This document shows positions 1 through 8,180 of a stretch of 32,000 bases of DNA, piece after piece; the stretch's first letter is position 1; each line of letters begins with the position of its first letter. A program made the position numbers and the translations under genes. Location of the stretch: contig NC_007517.1 of assembly GCF_000012925.1 (NCBI RefSeq), forward strand, positions 1,890,001 to 1,922,000, in the 5' to 3' direction. Under the pieces are notes generated by a model that saw nothing but the letters and a program-made list of their open reading frames with translations, was not told the origin of the DNA and did no database searches. The stretch comes from Geobacter metallireducens GS-15 (GTDB lineage: Bacteria; Desulfobacterota; Desulfuromonadia; Geobacterales; Geobacteraceae).

Positions 1-278
1 AGTCCCAGGAGGAGGGGCGTTCGCCTTCCCCACCGGTCGGCCATCGGGCCGTAAAACAGCTGCCCGGCGGCCGAACCGAAGAGGAAGGCGGAGATGGAGA
101 GCTGCACCATACCGAGCGGCGCGGCGAGATCCCGGGCGATCTGCGGGAAGGCGGGGAGGTACATGTCGATGGACATGGAACTGAAGGCAGTCAGCGCCCC
201 GAGGATCAGGACCAGCCGTGCCAGTTGGCGTCGGGTCATGTCTGCTGGTTGGATAGCCGGCGCAGCGGTCATTTCCAT
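1..278 (-). CDS. MFS drug-efflux transporter, Bcr/CflA family (5' part only; gene continues past the left edge)
   Basis: Not in the ORF track because it runs off the window. Reverse-complement translation from the ATG at 278-276 gives MEMTAAPAIQPADMTRRQLARLVLILGALTAFSSMSIDMYLPAFPQIARDLAAPLGMVQLSISAFLFGSAAGQLFYGPMADRWGRRTPLLLG. This matches the conserved TM1-TM2 region and the GxLxDRxGRR-type motif A of Bcr/CflA MFS transporters. AAAGGA Shine-Dalgarno lies about 6 nt upstream. Alternative in-frame ATGs at 272 and 239. Confidence 0.7.
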   Translation of the reverse strand, partial: MEMTAAPAIQPADMTRRQLARLVLILGALTAFSSMSIDMYLPAFPQIARDLAAPLGMVQLSISAFLFGSAAGQLFYGPMADRWGRRTPLLLG

Positions 279-398
279 TATAAATCCTTTCTCCAAGCTC
301 AAAACAGTTTCCTAGTTGATCATGGCGTGAGTATGAAGGGGTGTTTCGATGCGTTGGTAGCTTTATTCATTAGATGAAGATACCAATGGATTAAATAT

Positions 399-407
399 AA
401 ATAAAAT
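399..407. repeat. Target-site duplication, left copy (AAATAAAAT)
   Basis: Identical 9-mer AAATAAAAT directly abuts both ends of the IS (399-407 and 1722-1730). Confidence 0.8.
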
Positions 408-1721
408 TACTACTGTCCGGTAAACTTTGATTGTACAGCTGTAACTTGTTGAACTTTATTGCTCTTTGGCACAATTGTTCTTTTTTCGACATGAATTCGT
501 TCTGGGTGTAGCCTTCCTCCCTTTACAGGAGGGGAGCAATGCACACCGGTCCGACCGTTTTCAAACAACTTCTGCAGTTTCTGCCCCGGTACGAATTCAA
601 TCTCTGCGTTCGCCGACACCGTGGCGAGTATCGGGAGAAGAAGTTCTCGACCTATGACCAGTTCCTCTGCCTGGCTTATGCCCAGATGGCTGGCCGTGAG
701 AGCTTGCGGGATATCGAGACCTGCCTGAACTCCCACCAGGAGAAGCTGTACCACATCGGCTTTCGTGGTGATGTCTCCCGCACGACCCTTGCCGACGCGA
801 ACGAGCGCAGGGACTGGCGTATCTTCCAAGACTTCGGTCATGTACTGATCGGCATAGCTCAGCAGCTGTACCAGGCTGATGCCATCGCCGTTGAGCTTAC
901 GCAACCGCTCTACGCCTTTGACTCGACCACTATCGACCTGTGCCTTACGCTGTTCCCATGGGCCGAGTTCCGCAAAACCAAGGCGGCGGTCAAGATGCAT
1001 ACGCTCATTGATCTGCGTGGTCCCATTCCAACCTGGGTCACTATTACCACTGGCAAGGTCCACGATGTCAGGATGCTGGACCATCTGCCGGTTGCAAAGG
1101 ATGCCATTTACACGATGGACAGAGGGTATGTCGATTTTGCCCGGCTCCACTCCATCCACAAGCAGGGAGCATTCTTCGTAGTTCGGGCAAAGGACAACCT
1201 GAAATGCCAGCGGTTATATTCCCATCCGAAGGACAAGGAATCAGGTGTACGGGCAGACCAGATTATCACCCTGGTGACGCAGAAGTCGAAAAAGGGGTAT
1301 CCGGAGAAACTGCGCCGGGTCAGCTATGTTGACAAAGAACGGAACAAGCGACTCGTATTTCTCACGAACAACTTCGAGATTCCGGCAGCGACGGTGGCTG
1401 CGATTTACAAGCAGCGCTGGCAGGTGGAGCTGTTTTTCAAATGGATCAAACAGCACCTGCGGATCAAGTCGTTCATCGGAACGTCAGTCAATGCCGTGAA
1501 GAGCCAGATATGGGTTGCCTTGTGCATCTATCTGCTGGTGGCGATCACGAAAAAGAAGTTGGGGGTTCCGTGTTCGCTCTACACTTTTCTACAGATTCTG
1601 GAGGTCAACTTGTTCGAGAAAAAGCCCATTTCATCGCTGGTTGCGGAGGCTCTCAAGCGAAATGCTGATTATCCTGAGCGCAACCAACTGAACTTATTCA
1701 ACTATTAACCGGACAGTAGTG
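408..1721 (+). mobile_element. IS4-family insertion sequence, apparently intact (1314 bp)
   Basis: Terminal inverted repeats: left 408-424 TACTACTGTCCGGTAAA against the reverse complement of 1705-1721, CACTACTGTCCGGTTAA (15/17 match, 13-nt perfect core ACTACTGTCCGGT). Single full-length transposase ORF whose stop codon lies inside the right IR. Flanked by a perfect 9-bp direct repeat. Confidence 0.85.
539..1708 (+). CDS. IS4-family DDE transposase
   Basis: 389-aa ORF. N-terminus FKQLLQFLPRYEFNLCVRRHRGEYREKKFSTYDQFLCLAYAQMAGRESLRDIE is typical of the DUF4372-type N-domain of IS4 transposases. DDE-region motifs YTMDRGYVDF and VFLTNN are present. Perfect IS4 Y(2)R(3)E(6)K signature in YKQRWQVELFFKWIK. 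Confidence 0.9.
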   Translation: MHTGPTVFKQLLQFLPRYEFNLCVRRHRGEYREKKFSTYDQFLCLAYAQMAGRESLRDIETCLNSHQEKLYHIGFRGDVSRTTLADANERRDWRIFQDFGHVLIGIAQQLYQADAIAVELTQPLYAFDSTTIDLCLTLFPWAEFRKTKAAVKMHTLIDLRGPIPTWVTITTGKVHDVRMLDHLPVAKDAIYTMDRGYVDFARLHSIHKQGAFFVVRAKDNLKCQRLYSHPKDKESGVRADQIITLVTQKSKKGYPEKLRRVSYVDKERNKRLVFLTNNFEIPAATVAAIYKQRWQVELFFKWIKQHLRIKSFIGTSVNAVKSQIWVALCIYLLVAITKKKLGVPCSLYTFLQILEVNLFEKKPISSLVAEALKRNADYPERNQLNLFNY

Positions 1722-1730
1722 AAATAAAAT
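1722..1730. repeat. Target-site duplication, right copy (AAATAAAAT)
   Basis: See the left copy at 399-407; perfect 9/9 identity immediately outside the right IR. Confidence 0.8.
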
Positions 1731-1763
1731 ATATAATATTTATGTTCGCCATAATTAGTTTTT

Positions 1764-2663
1764 ATGGAAAGGGTTCATGTGGATATCCGCCAGTTGCAAT
1801 TTTTTGCCGAGATCGTCAGATACGGCAGCTTCACCAAGGCTGCGGAACGGTTGCACGTAGCCCAGCCGGCAGTGAGCATGGCTATGAAGAAGTTGGAAGA
1901 GGAACTTGACCTCATACTCTTCAACCGTCAGGAGAGGAGAATTTCCCTGACCGCCGAGGGAGAGATCTTTCTGCGGCATGCGGAGAAGATACTGGATGAG
2001 GTGAAGTCGGCGGAGACGGAAATGGAGGAACTGCGGGGGCTTGCCAAAGGCGAGGTGCGGGTGGGAATCCCTCCGATGATGAGTGCATATTTCTTCCCGG
2101 AGATCATCCGTGACTTCTCCAACAGCTACCCCGATTTGCACCTTACGGTGTCGGGTGAGGGAGCTTCAAAAATCCAGAAGATGATCATTGACGGGGAACT
2201 GGACATGGGGGTCGTTGCCGGCGCGAGCTTCCCCGAAACGCTTGAGGTGAGAAGGTTCCTGCGGGAAGAGGTGATCGTTTGCGTCCCCAGGAGCCACCCC
2301 CTGGCGTCAAGGGGGAGCCTGACGCTGCACGAGTTCGCCAGGCATCCGTTGATCTTCTACCGGGAAGGGTACTATTTGAGGGAACTCATCCTTGACGTTC
2401 TGAGGGGGGCAGGCCTCAGTCCAACCATCAGATTTGAAACAAATCTCTACACTCTGGTCAAGTCGCTGGTCCAGAAGGGTATGGGTATTTCGGTCTTTTT
2501 GAGGATGGTGGTTGCTGAAGATGACGATCTTACGGCAATATCCCTGGATCCACCGCTGTTCCTCGATCTTCTGATCGCCTGGAAAAAGCATGGATATCTC
2601 TCCCGGGCAAACCGCGCGTTTGCCGATTACCTCCTTGAGAAGGGATCAAGCGCAGCACTGTAG
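1764..2663 (+). CDS. LysR-family transcriptional regulator
   Basis: N-terminal HTH DIRQLQFFAEIVRYGSFTKAAERLHVAQPAVSMAMKKLEEEL followed by a LysR substrate-binding domain. The true start may be the in-frame GTG at 1779 (giving MDIRQLQFF), which has a GGAAAGGG Shine-Dalgarno 5-6 nt upstream. Confidence 0.9.
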   Translation: MERVHVDIRQLQFFAEIVRYGSFTKAAERLHVAQPAVSMAMKKLEEELDLILFNRQERRISLTAEGEIFLRHAEKILDEVKSAETEMEELRGLAKGEVRVGIPPMMSAYFFPEIIRDFSNSYPDLHLTVSGEGASKIQKMIIDGELDMGVVAGASFPETLEVRRFLREEVIVCVPRSHPLASRGSLTLHEFARHPLIFYREGYYLRELILDVLRGAGLSPTIRFETNLYTLVKSLVQKGMGISVFLRMVVAEDDDLTAISLDPPLFLDLLIAWKKHGYLSRANRAFADYLLEKGSSAAL

Positions 2664-2812
2664 CAACCTGGACGACGTGACCGCCTCCTGCGCCGGCGGG
2701 TCGGTGATCCTTATGCCCGGGTGGTTACCTACTACCGTCCTGGCAGCTACAGGGGGAGCATTGATTCCTTCACGCTGTCTCATTAGGGTAGGCCGCGCCA
2801 AGGCCCCGGCTC

Positions 2813-2842
2813 TTGACTTCACCACTGTAAAATTGATATTTT
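2813..2842 (+). promoter_or_regulatory. Candidate sigma70-type promoter of the lipid operon
   Basis: TTGACT (2813-2818), 18-nt spacer, then TGaTATTTT extended -10 (TATTTT at 2837-2842). About 40 bp upstream of the first operon gene, in the only sizeable intergenic gap. Sequence-pattern call only. Confidence 0.4.
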
Positions 2843-2882
2843 CGGAAACTTGATGATTTAGGTGAGGGGAACAAACCAGAGA

Positions 2883-3704
2883 ATGAATAATGCTCTAACC
2901 ATTGACGTGGAGGAATGGTTTCACGTCTGTGGTGTTGCAGGATACGGTTACGGAACTCACCCGTCGCACGTCCTGCGGAATGTTGACAGGCTGCTCGAGT
3001 GTTTCGCGGCGGTGGACGTTACGGCCACCTTCTTCGTACTCGGTTCGGTAGCCGAAGCATTGCCGTCGCTGGTCCCGGCAATAGCAGCGGCCGGCCACGA
3101 GGTTGCATCGCACGGTTTCTCCCATACGCTGATTACAGCGTTGTCGCCGGCCGCATTTCGCGACGAATTGCGCCGAACCAATGATATTCTCTCGATTCAG
3201 TCGGGCAAGCGGCCCATCGGGTTTCGTGCCCCCCAGTGGTCTCTTTCGCGTACGGTGACACCGTGGGCATTCGAGATCCTGCATGATGAGGGATTCCGCT
3301 ACGATTCCAGTTGCAACCCGCTCCCTTTTGTGGGGGATCGGTCCGGTTCCCGCGTTCCCTACAAAATCGGGATGGCTGGGAAAAGTCTCTGGGAGATTCC
3401 CCCGATGGTAACGCCGTCGATGCTGGGAAACCTCCCGACCGGCGGGGGATGGGGATTCAGGTTCTTTCCGCCGCGGATGATCGAGCGGACTGTACAGCGC
3501 CTCAATGAAGAGGGACAATCGGCTGTTTTCTATCTTCATCCCCGGGAGATTGACCCCAGTGGTCCGCGTCTTCCATTGTCGCTCTTTCGACAGTTTGTGG
3601 CCTATGGCCCACGGACTGACGCATTGCAGCGGCTGGTCCCGCTTATGAAGCGGTTTCGTTTTACTTCTCTGGGCAATCTGGTGGATCAGTGGGAATCTGC
3701 GTAG
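2883..3704 (+). CDS. Polysaccharide deacetylase family protein (carbohydrate esterase 4-like)
   Basis: N-terminus MNNALTIDVEEWFHV plus HEVASHGFSH and RAPQWS motifs are typical of the NodB/polysaccharide-deacetylase fold. The ORF track starts at GTG 2862. I prefer ATG 2883, which follows a GAGGGGA Shine-Dalgarno and gives the usual N-terminus for this family. Confidence 0.8.
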   Translation: MNNALTIDVEEWFHVCGVAGYGYGTHPSHVLRNVDRLLECFAAVDVTATFFVLGSVAEALPSLVPAIAAAGHEVASHGFSHTLITALSPAAFRDELRRTNDILSIQSGKRPIGFRAPQWSLSRTVTPWAFEILHDEGFRYDSSCNPLPFVGDRSGSRVPYKIGMAGKSLWEIPPMVTPSMLGNLPTGGGWGFRFFPPRMIERTVQRLNEEGQSAVFYLHPREIDPSGPRLPLSLFRQFVAYGPRTDALQRLVPLMKRFRFTSLGNLVDQWESA

Positions 3705-4351
3705 TTATACCGGCATTCAATGCCGCTTTGACAATTGAAGCAGTTGTTCGGGAGACTCTGGAACAGGGATTGCCCCTCGTGGTCGTCGATGACGGCTCCG
3801 AGGACGGCACGGCAGACTGCGTCAGGGGACTGCCGGTGAACCTGGTCAGCCACGGGAGAAATCGCGGCAAAGGGGCAGCCCTGAAGACAGGCTTCGCATG
3901 GGCGTTGGAATACGGTTTTTCCGGCGTGATCACCCTGGATTCGGATGGACAGCACGACCCTACGGCCATCACACTTCTGGCGGAAACGGCCAAGAACGAC
4001 GGTTGGGATATCCTCGTGGCCTCCCGCTTCGCCCAGTTCAACCAGATGGCAGGGCTGCGGCGCCACTGGAACCGGTTCGGCGCCTGGTGCATGAAGAAGC
4101 GGACCGGCTTTCAGATCGACGACAGTCAGTCGGGCTTTCGCTATTACTCGGCCCGTCTCCTGCGGATGGTGTCTCTCGGGAAAGACGGCTACGATCTGGA
4201 GATGGAAATCCTGATGAAGGCCTGGCAGGCCGGTTGCACCATCGGCTCGGTGCCAGTGCCGGCCCGGGTGGCGGACGGCCGGGCCACCAGCCATTTCCGG
4301 CCGGTGCGCGACACCTGGAACATTTGCATGACATTTCTTCGGTATATGTAG
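3689..4351 (+). CDS. Family 2 glycosyltransferase (small, ApeJ-like position)
   Basis: GICVVIPAFNAALTIEAVV...VVVDDGSEDGT...GRNRGKGAALKTGF...LDSDGQHDP are classical GT2 (GT-A, DxD) motifs. GTG start overlaps the deacetylase stop by 16 nt. Confidence 0.85.
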   Translation: MGICVVIPAFNAALTIEAVVRETLEQGLPLVVVDDGSEDGTADCVRGLPVNLVSHGRNRGKGAALKTGFAWALEYGFSGVITLDSDGQHDPTAITLLAETAKNDGWDILVASRFAQFNQMAGLRRHWNRFGAWCMKKRTGFQIDDSQSGFRYYSARLLRMVSLGKDGYDLEMEILMKAWQAGCTIGSVPVPARVADGRATSHFRPVRDTWNICMTFLRYM

Positions 4352-4363
4352 GGAACTCTAGCC

Positions 4364-5746
4364 ATGCTGCAAAGCCTTAAAAACTATTCAACGGAAAAGA
4401 TCGTTTCGCTCCTCCTGTCTCTGGCCACCAACTCGTCCAACGAGACCCTGGCTCGGATGACCCACCTGATGGAGCTGATCCCGAAAAAAGACTACTACCG
4501 GGAGCGGATCCGGTGGATCAGGCAGCTCATCCGGGAAAACCATCCGAGCATCGAGTTTCCCCGCCGGATCCTCCGCGACCTCCACCCCAACCAGCGCGAC
4601 AAGTGGATCACCAACCTGGCGGTGAACCACCTCCTGATAGGGACCAACAAGCGGAAGGCCTGGGCCGACCGGGAAGGGTACTATCCCCCTTCCACGGTAG
4701 TCATCAGCCCCACCATGAAATGCAACCTCTCCTGCTACGGCTGTTATGCCGGCGATTACGGCAAGGGGCTGGAACTCTCACTGGAGGAGGTGGACTCGGT
4801 CCTGACCCAGATGAAGGAGATGGGGGTCTACTTCGCGGTCATCTCCGGCGGTGAGCCGTTTTTCATGCCGAATATCTTCGAGATCTTCCGCAAGCATTCC
4901 GACATGGCGTTCCTGGTCTTTACCCACGGCGGGCTCATCGACGAGGCCATGGTTGAGCGGCTGATCGAGGTGGGGAACGTCATGCCCGCCTTTTCCCTGG
5001 AGGGGTATGAGCCGGAAACCGACGAGCGGCGCGGTCCCGGTCACTTCCGCAAGGTCATGGGGGCCATGGATCTTTTGCGGAACGCGGGGCTCTCCTTCTG
5101 CGGCTCCTTCACCCAGACCAGCAGGAACACCCCGGTCATCACCGACGGAAGCTTCATCGACATGCTCCTGGAGAAGGGGGTATTCGCCCTCTGGCTCTTC
5201 ACCTACGTGCCGGTGGGGCGAGATCCGAACCTGGAACTGATGGCCACGCCCGAGCAGCGGGACCTTCTTCGGACGAGGGTCGCCGAGTTCCGCGCCACCA
5301 AGCCGATGCTCTTCATCGATTTCTGGAACGACGGCCCCATCATCAGCGGCTGCATCGCCGGAGGACGGAAATACTTCCACATCAACGCCAACGGCGACAT
5401 CGAGCCGTGCGTTTTCTGTCACTTTGCCGTGGACAACATCCGCCGTACCTCTCTCAAGGATGCGCTCCGGTCGCCGCTCTTCCAGAAGATCCGCCAGCAG
5501 CAGGGGGAGCATGAGAATCTCCTCCGTCCCTGCATGCTGATCGACCACCCCGAGGTGGGACGGGAACTCTTCAACTCCGAAGGGGTCTATCCGACCCATG
5601 AGGGCGCTGCCGAGATATTTACCGGCCTTGCCGGGCAGGTGGATGCCTACGCTACGGAGTATGCCGGGATCGCCGATCCCGCATGGGAGCGGGAATTCGT
5701 CGATACCGGCCGCGCTGAAAAGAAAGTGAAGAACCGTAAGCGGTGA
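4364..5746 (+). CDS. Radical SAM enzyme with C-terminal SPASM/twitch-like Cys motif (not B12 type)
   Basis: CX3CX2C cluster motif in TMKCNLSCYGCYA. SAM-binding ISGGEPF. C-terminal GCIAGGRKYFHINANGDIEPCVFCHF resembles auxiliary-cluster (SPASM/twitch) motifs. About 100-aa N-terminal extension of unknown function. Confidence 0.8.
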   Translation: MLQSLKNYSTEKIVSLLLSLATNSSNETLARMTHLMELIPKKDYYRERIRWIRQLIRENHPSIEFPRRILRDLHPNQRDKWITNLAVNHLLIGTNKRKAWADREGYYPPSTVVISPTMKCNLSCYGCYAGDYGKGLELSLEEVDSVLTQMKEMGVYFAVISGGEPFFMPNIFEIFRKHSDMAFLVFTHGGLIDEAMVERLIEVGNVMPAFSLEGYEPETDERRGPGHFRKVMGAMDLLRNAGLSFCGSFTQTSRNTPVITDGSFIDMLLEKGVFALWLFTYVPVGRDPNLELMATPEQRDLLRTRVAEFRATKPMLFIDFWNDGPIISGCIAGGRKYFHINANGDIEPCVFCHFAVDNIRRTSLKDALRSPLFQKIRQQQGEHENLLRPCMLIDHPEVGRELFNSEGVYPTHEGAAEIFTGLAGQVDAYATEYAGIADPAWEREFVDTGRAEKKVKNRKR

Positions 5747-6636
5747 CCTATTACAACAGTATCAACCTGTTCCTGATCAACCTGTTCACCCGCCTCGTGC
5801 CGCGGTGGCTTTTCCCCCCCTTTGCCTTTGTCACCGCCGGGATTGTCTACTTCCTTGCGGGCACCCAGCGGCGTGGCACCCGGGAAAACCTTCGGGTGGT
5901 GACCGGCCGCCGCCATGTGGAGGGGCTGCTGATCAGCACCTTCTACAAGTATGCCCGCAATTGGGCCGACGTGATGCTGATGATGCGCCTCACGGGGGAG
6001 CGCCTCTTTTCCCTGATCGGCCGACGCAGCATGAGTACCCCCCTGGATGAGGCCCTGGCGGCGGGCACCGGCGCCATTCTCGTCTCGCCCCACTTCGGGA
6101 ACTGGGAGCTCGGTGGGCTGGGGCTGGCCGATCTGGGGTACAAGATCAACGTCCTCACCTTCCGGGAACCGGACGAGAAGGTGAATGAACTGCGGGAGCG
6201 GGTTCGGGGGGAGCGGGGGATAGGGTTCATCTACGTGGACCGCCACGACACCTCGCCGCTGGCCATCATCGAGGCGGTCAACGCCCTGCGCCGCAACGAG
6301 GTCGTGGCGCTGCTGGGGGACCGGGACGGCTCCTCCCACACGATGTCCGTCGAATTTTTTGGCCGCCCCGCCAATATTCCCCTGGGGGCCGCCTATCTCT
6401 CCCTGGCCAGCGGGGCACCGGTCATCCCGGTCTTCGTCCCCCTTGAAGGGGGGAGGTACGCCACCATCATGGAGGAGCCGATCCATTTCCGGAGCGGGCA
6501 CAGGGACCACGGTATCGTGATCCGGGAGGGGGTCGAACGGCTCATTCGGCTCTTCGAAAAATACATCCGGGTCTATCCCGACCAGTGGTATAATTTTTTC
6601 CCTTACTGGGACCAATCATCGCACACAAAAGGATAA
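5743..6636 (+). CDS. LpxL/HtrB-type (lipid A biosynthesis / lysophospholipid) acyltransferase, ApeD-like
   Basis: N-terminal membrane anchor. HFGNWELGG (the HX4D/E acyltransferase motif as found in LpxL/LpxM). Typical size of 297 aa. GTGA overlap with the upstream gene. Confidence 0.8.
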   Translation: MTYYNSINLFLINLFTRLVPRWLFPPFAFVTAGIVYFLAGTQRRGTRENLRVVTGRRHVEGLLISTFYKYARNWADVMLMMRLTGERLFSLIGRRSMSTPLDEALAAGTGAILVSPHFGNWELGGLGLADLGYKINVLTFREPDEKVNELRERVRGERGIGFIYVDRHDTSPLAIIEAVNALRRNEVVALLGDRDGSSHTMSVEFFGRPANIPLGAAYLSLASGAPVIPVFVPLEGGRYATIMEEPIHFRSGHRDHGIVIREGVERLIRLFEKYIRVYPDQWYNFFPYWDQSSHTKG

Positions 6637-6639
6637 GGC

Positions 6640-6897
6640 ATGGCAGACCAACTGATTGAAGAAGTTAAACAACTCATCATAGACGCCCTCCGGATTGAGG
6701 GTATGACTCCCGCCGAGATCGATACCGATGCGCCGCTCTTTGGCGAGGGGTTGGGACTTGACTCCATTGATGCCCTCCAACTGGTGGTGGCCATGGAGAA
6801 GCAGTACGGCGTCGTTGTTCCCGATGCTGCCACCGGGACCAAGGTCTTTCAGTCGGTCCGTACCGTGGCCGACTTTGTCGCGGAAAACCGTAAATGA
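6640..6897 (+). CDS. Acyl carrier protein
   Basis: 85 aa. Phosphopantetheine attachment motif GLGLDSIDALQLV. Good Shine-Dalgarno (AAAGGATAAGG) upstream. Confidence 0.9.
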   Translation: MADQLIEEVKQLIIDALRIEGMTPAEIDTDAPLFGEGLGLDSIDALQLVVAMEKQYGVVVPDAATGTKVFQSVRTVADFVAENRK

Positions 6898-8180
6898 AGC
6901 TCCTCTTCGTCTCTCCCGGATGGCCGCGGGGGAGGCTCTGGGGGGAGCTGGGCTTCAAGTTTCCTTCCCTTTCCCTTGCCGCGCTGGCGGCCGTCACCCC
7001 CGAATCGTGGGACGTGGCCCTTTGCGACGAGAATATCGAGCCGCTCGATCTGAATTCCGACGCCGATCTCGTGGCAATTACCGCCATGACTCCCCAGGCA
7101 CCCCAGGCCTACCGGATCGCTGCCGCGTTCCGCGCCCGGGGGAAGCGGGTGGTCATGGGGGGCTTCCACGCCAGCAACCTGCCGGAAGAGGCGCTCCAGC
7201 ACGTGGATGCCGTGGTGGTGGGAGAGGGTGAGGTGGTCTGGCCCCAACTCCTGGCCGACCTTGAGCGGGGCGAGCTGCAGCGCATCTACCGGGCCGCAAC
7301 CGCACTCGCCATGGAAGCGATTCCCGTGGCCCGTCGTGAGCTATTCCAGGGGAAGCGGTACCTCTTCACCAATACCCTCCAGACCACCCGGGGCTGTCCC
7401 TTTGATTGTGAATTCTGCTCCGTTACCGCCTTTTACGGCCGTAGGTACCGCAAGCGGCCGGTGGATAACGTTCTGGCCGAGCTGGAACTCCTCCGCCGCC
7501 GGAACTCCTTCGCCTTTTTCGTGGATGACAACCTGGTGGCCGACCGCACCTACGCCCTCTCCCTCTTTGCCGGCATGAAGGGGATGGGGTTCAAGTGGCT
7601 TTCCCACGCCCCCATCGATTTCGCCCACGACCGGGAGTTCCTGCGGGCCGCCGGCGAGGCCGGCTGCGTCGGGATGTTCGTCGGCTTCGAGTCCCTGAAC
7701 CAGGACGCCCTTGCCGCCATGGGGAAGGTGACCAACACGGCCCGTTCCTACCTGGAGGATGCCCAAGCCTTCCGTGACAACGGCATCGGCATTCTCGGCT
7801 CGTTCGTCCTCGGCTGCGACAACGACACTCCCGCCGTCTTCGAGGGGCTCCTCCGCTTCTGCGAGGAGGCGCGGCTAGAGGCGGCGATTTTCCCGATTCT
7901 TACCCCCTATCCCGGCACCGAGGTCCGACGGCGGCTTGAGGCGGAAGGCCGGATCATCTCCAGCGACTGGCAGGACTACGACATGGAGCACGTCACTTTC
8001 CTCCCGCGTGGGATGTCCGTTGACGAGCTTCAGCAGGGGTATGACTGGCTGAACCGTTCCTTTTACTCCTTACCATCCATGTACCGGAGAATCTTCAAGG
8101 CCCACCGCTCGGTCCAGGTATTCGCCCCCATGAATTTCGGATTCCGCAGCGCTATCCGCCGGAAGGGGAGGGTCGCGTGA
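6894..8180 (+). CDS. B12-binding-domain radical SAM enzyme (class B), paralog A
   Basis: N-terminal Rossmann-like B12-binding region (LVAITAMTPQAPQAYRIAAAFRARGKRVVMGGFHAS). Cluster motif TTRGCPFDCEFCSV. C-terminal SDWQDYDMEHVTF region like DUF4070-type tails. Clearly paralogous to the ORF at 17479-18783. Confidence 0.85.
   Translation: MKLLFVSPGWPRGRLWGELGFKFPSLSLAALAAVTPESWDVALCDENIEPLDLNSDADLVAITAMTPQAPQAYRIAAAFRARGKRVVMGGFHASNLPEEALQHVDAVVVGEGEVVWPQLLADLERGELQRIYRAATALAMEAIPVARRELFQGKRYLFTNTLQTTRGCPFDCEFCSVTAFYGRRYRKRPVDNVLAELELLRRRNSFAFFVDDNLVADRTYALSLFAGMKGMGFKWLSHAPIDFAHDREFLRAAGEAGCVGMFVGFESLNQDALAAMGKVTNTARSYLEDAQAFRDNGIGILGSFVLGCDNDTPAVFEGLLRFCEEARLEAAIFPILTPYPGTEVRRRLEAEGRIISSDWQDYDMEHVTFLPRGMSVDELQQGYDWLNRSFYSLPSMYRRIFKAHRSVQVFAPMNFGFRSAIRRKGRVA

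Noticed and set aside
94-315. 73-aa plus-strand ORF at the left edge
   Set aside because: It lies antisense to a much better supported minus-strand MFS N-terminus with conserved Bcr/CflA motifs and a Shine-Dalgarno. Its own sequence is Arg/Ala/Ser-rich with no recognisable motif.
410-1159. 249-aa minus-strand ORF inside the IS
   Set aside because: It is antisense to the IS4 transposase, which carries the diagnostic YREK and DDE motifs. It has no motif or ribosome-binding site of its own, so it is a typical shadow ORF.
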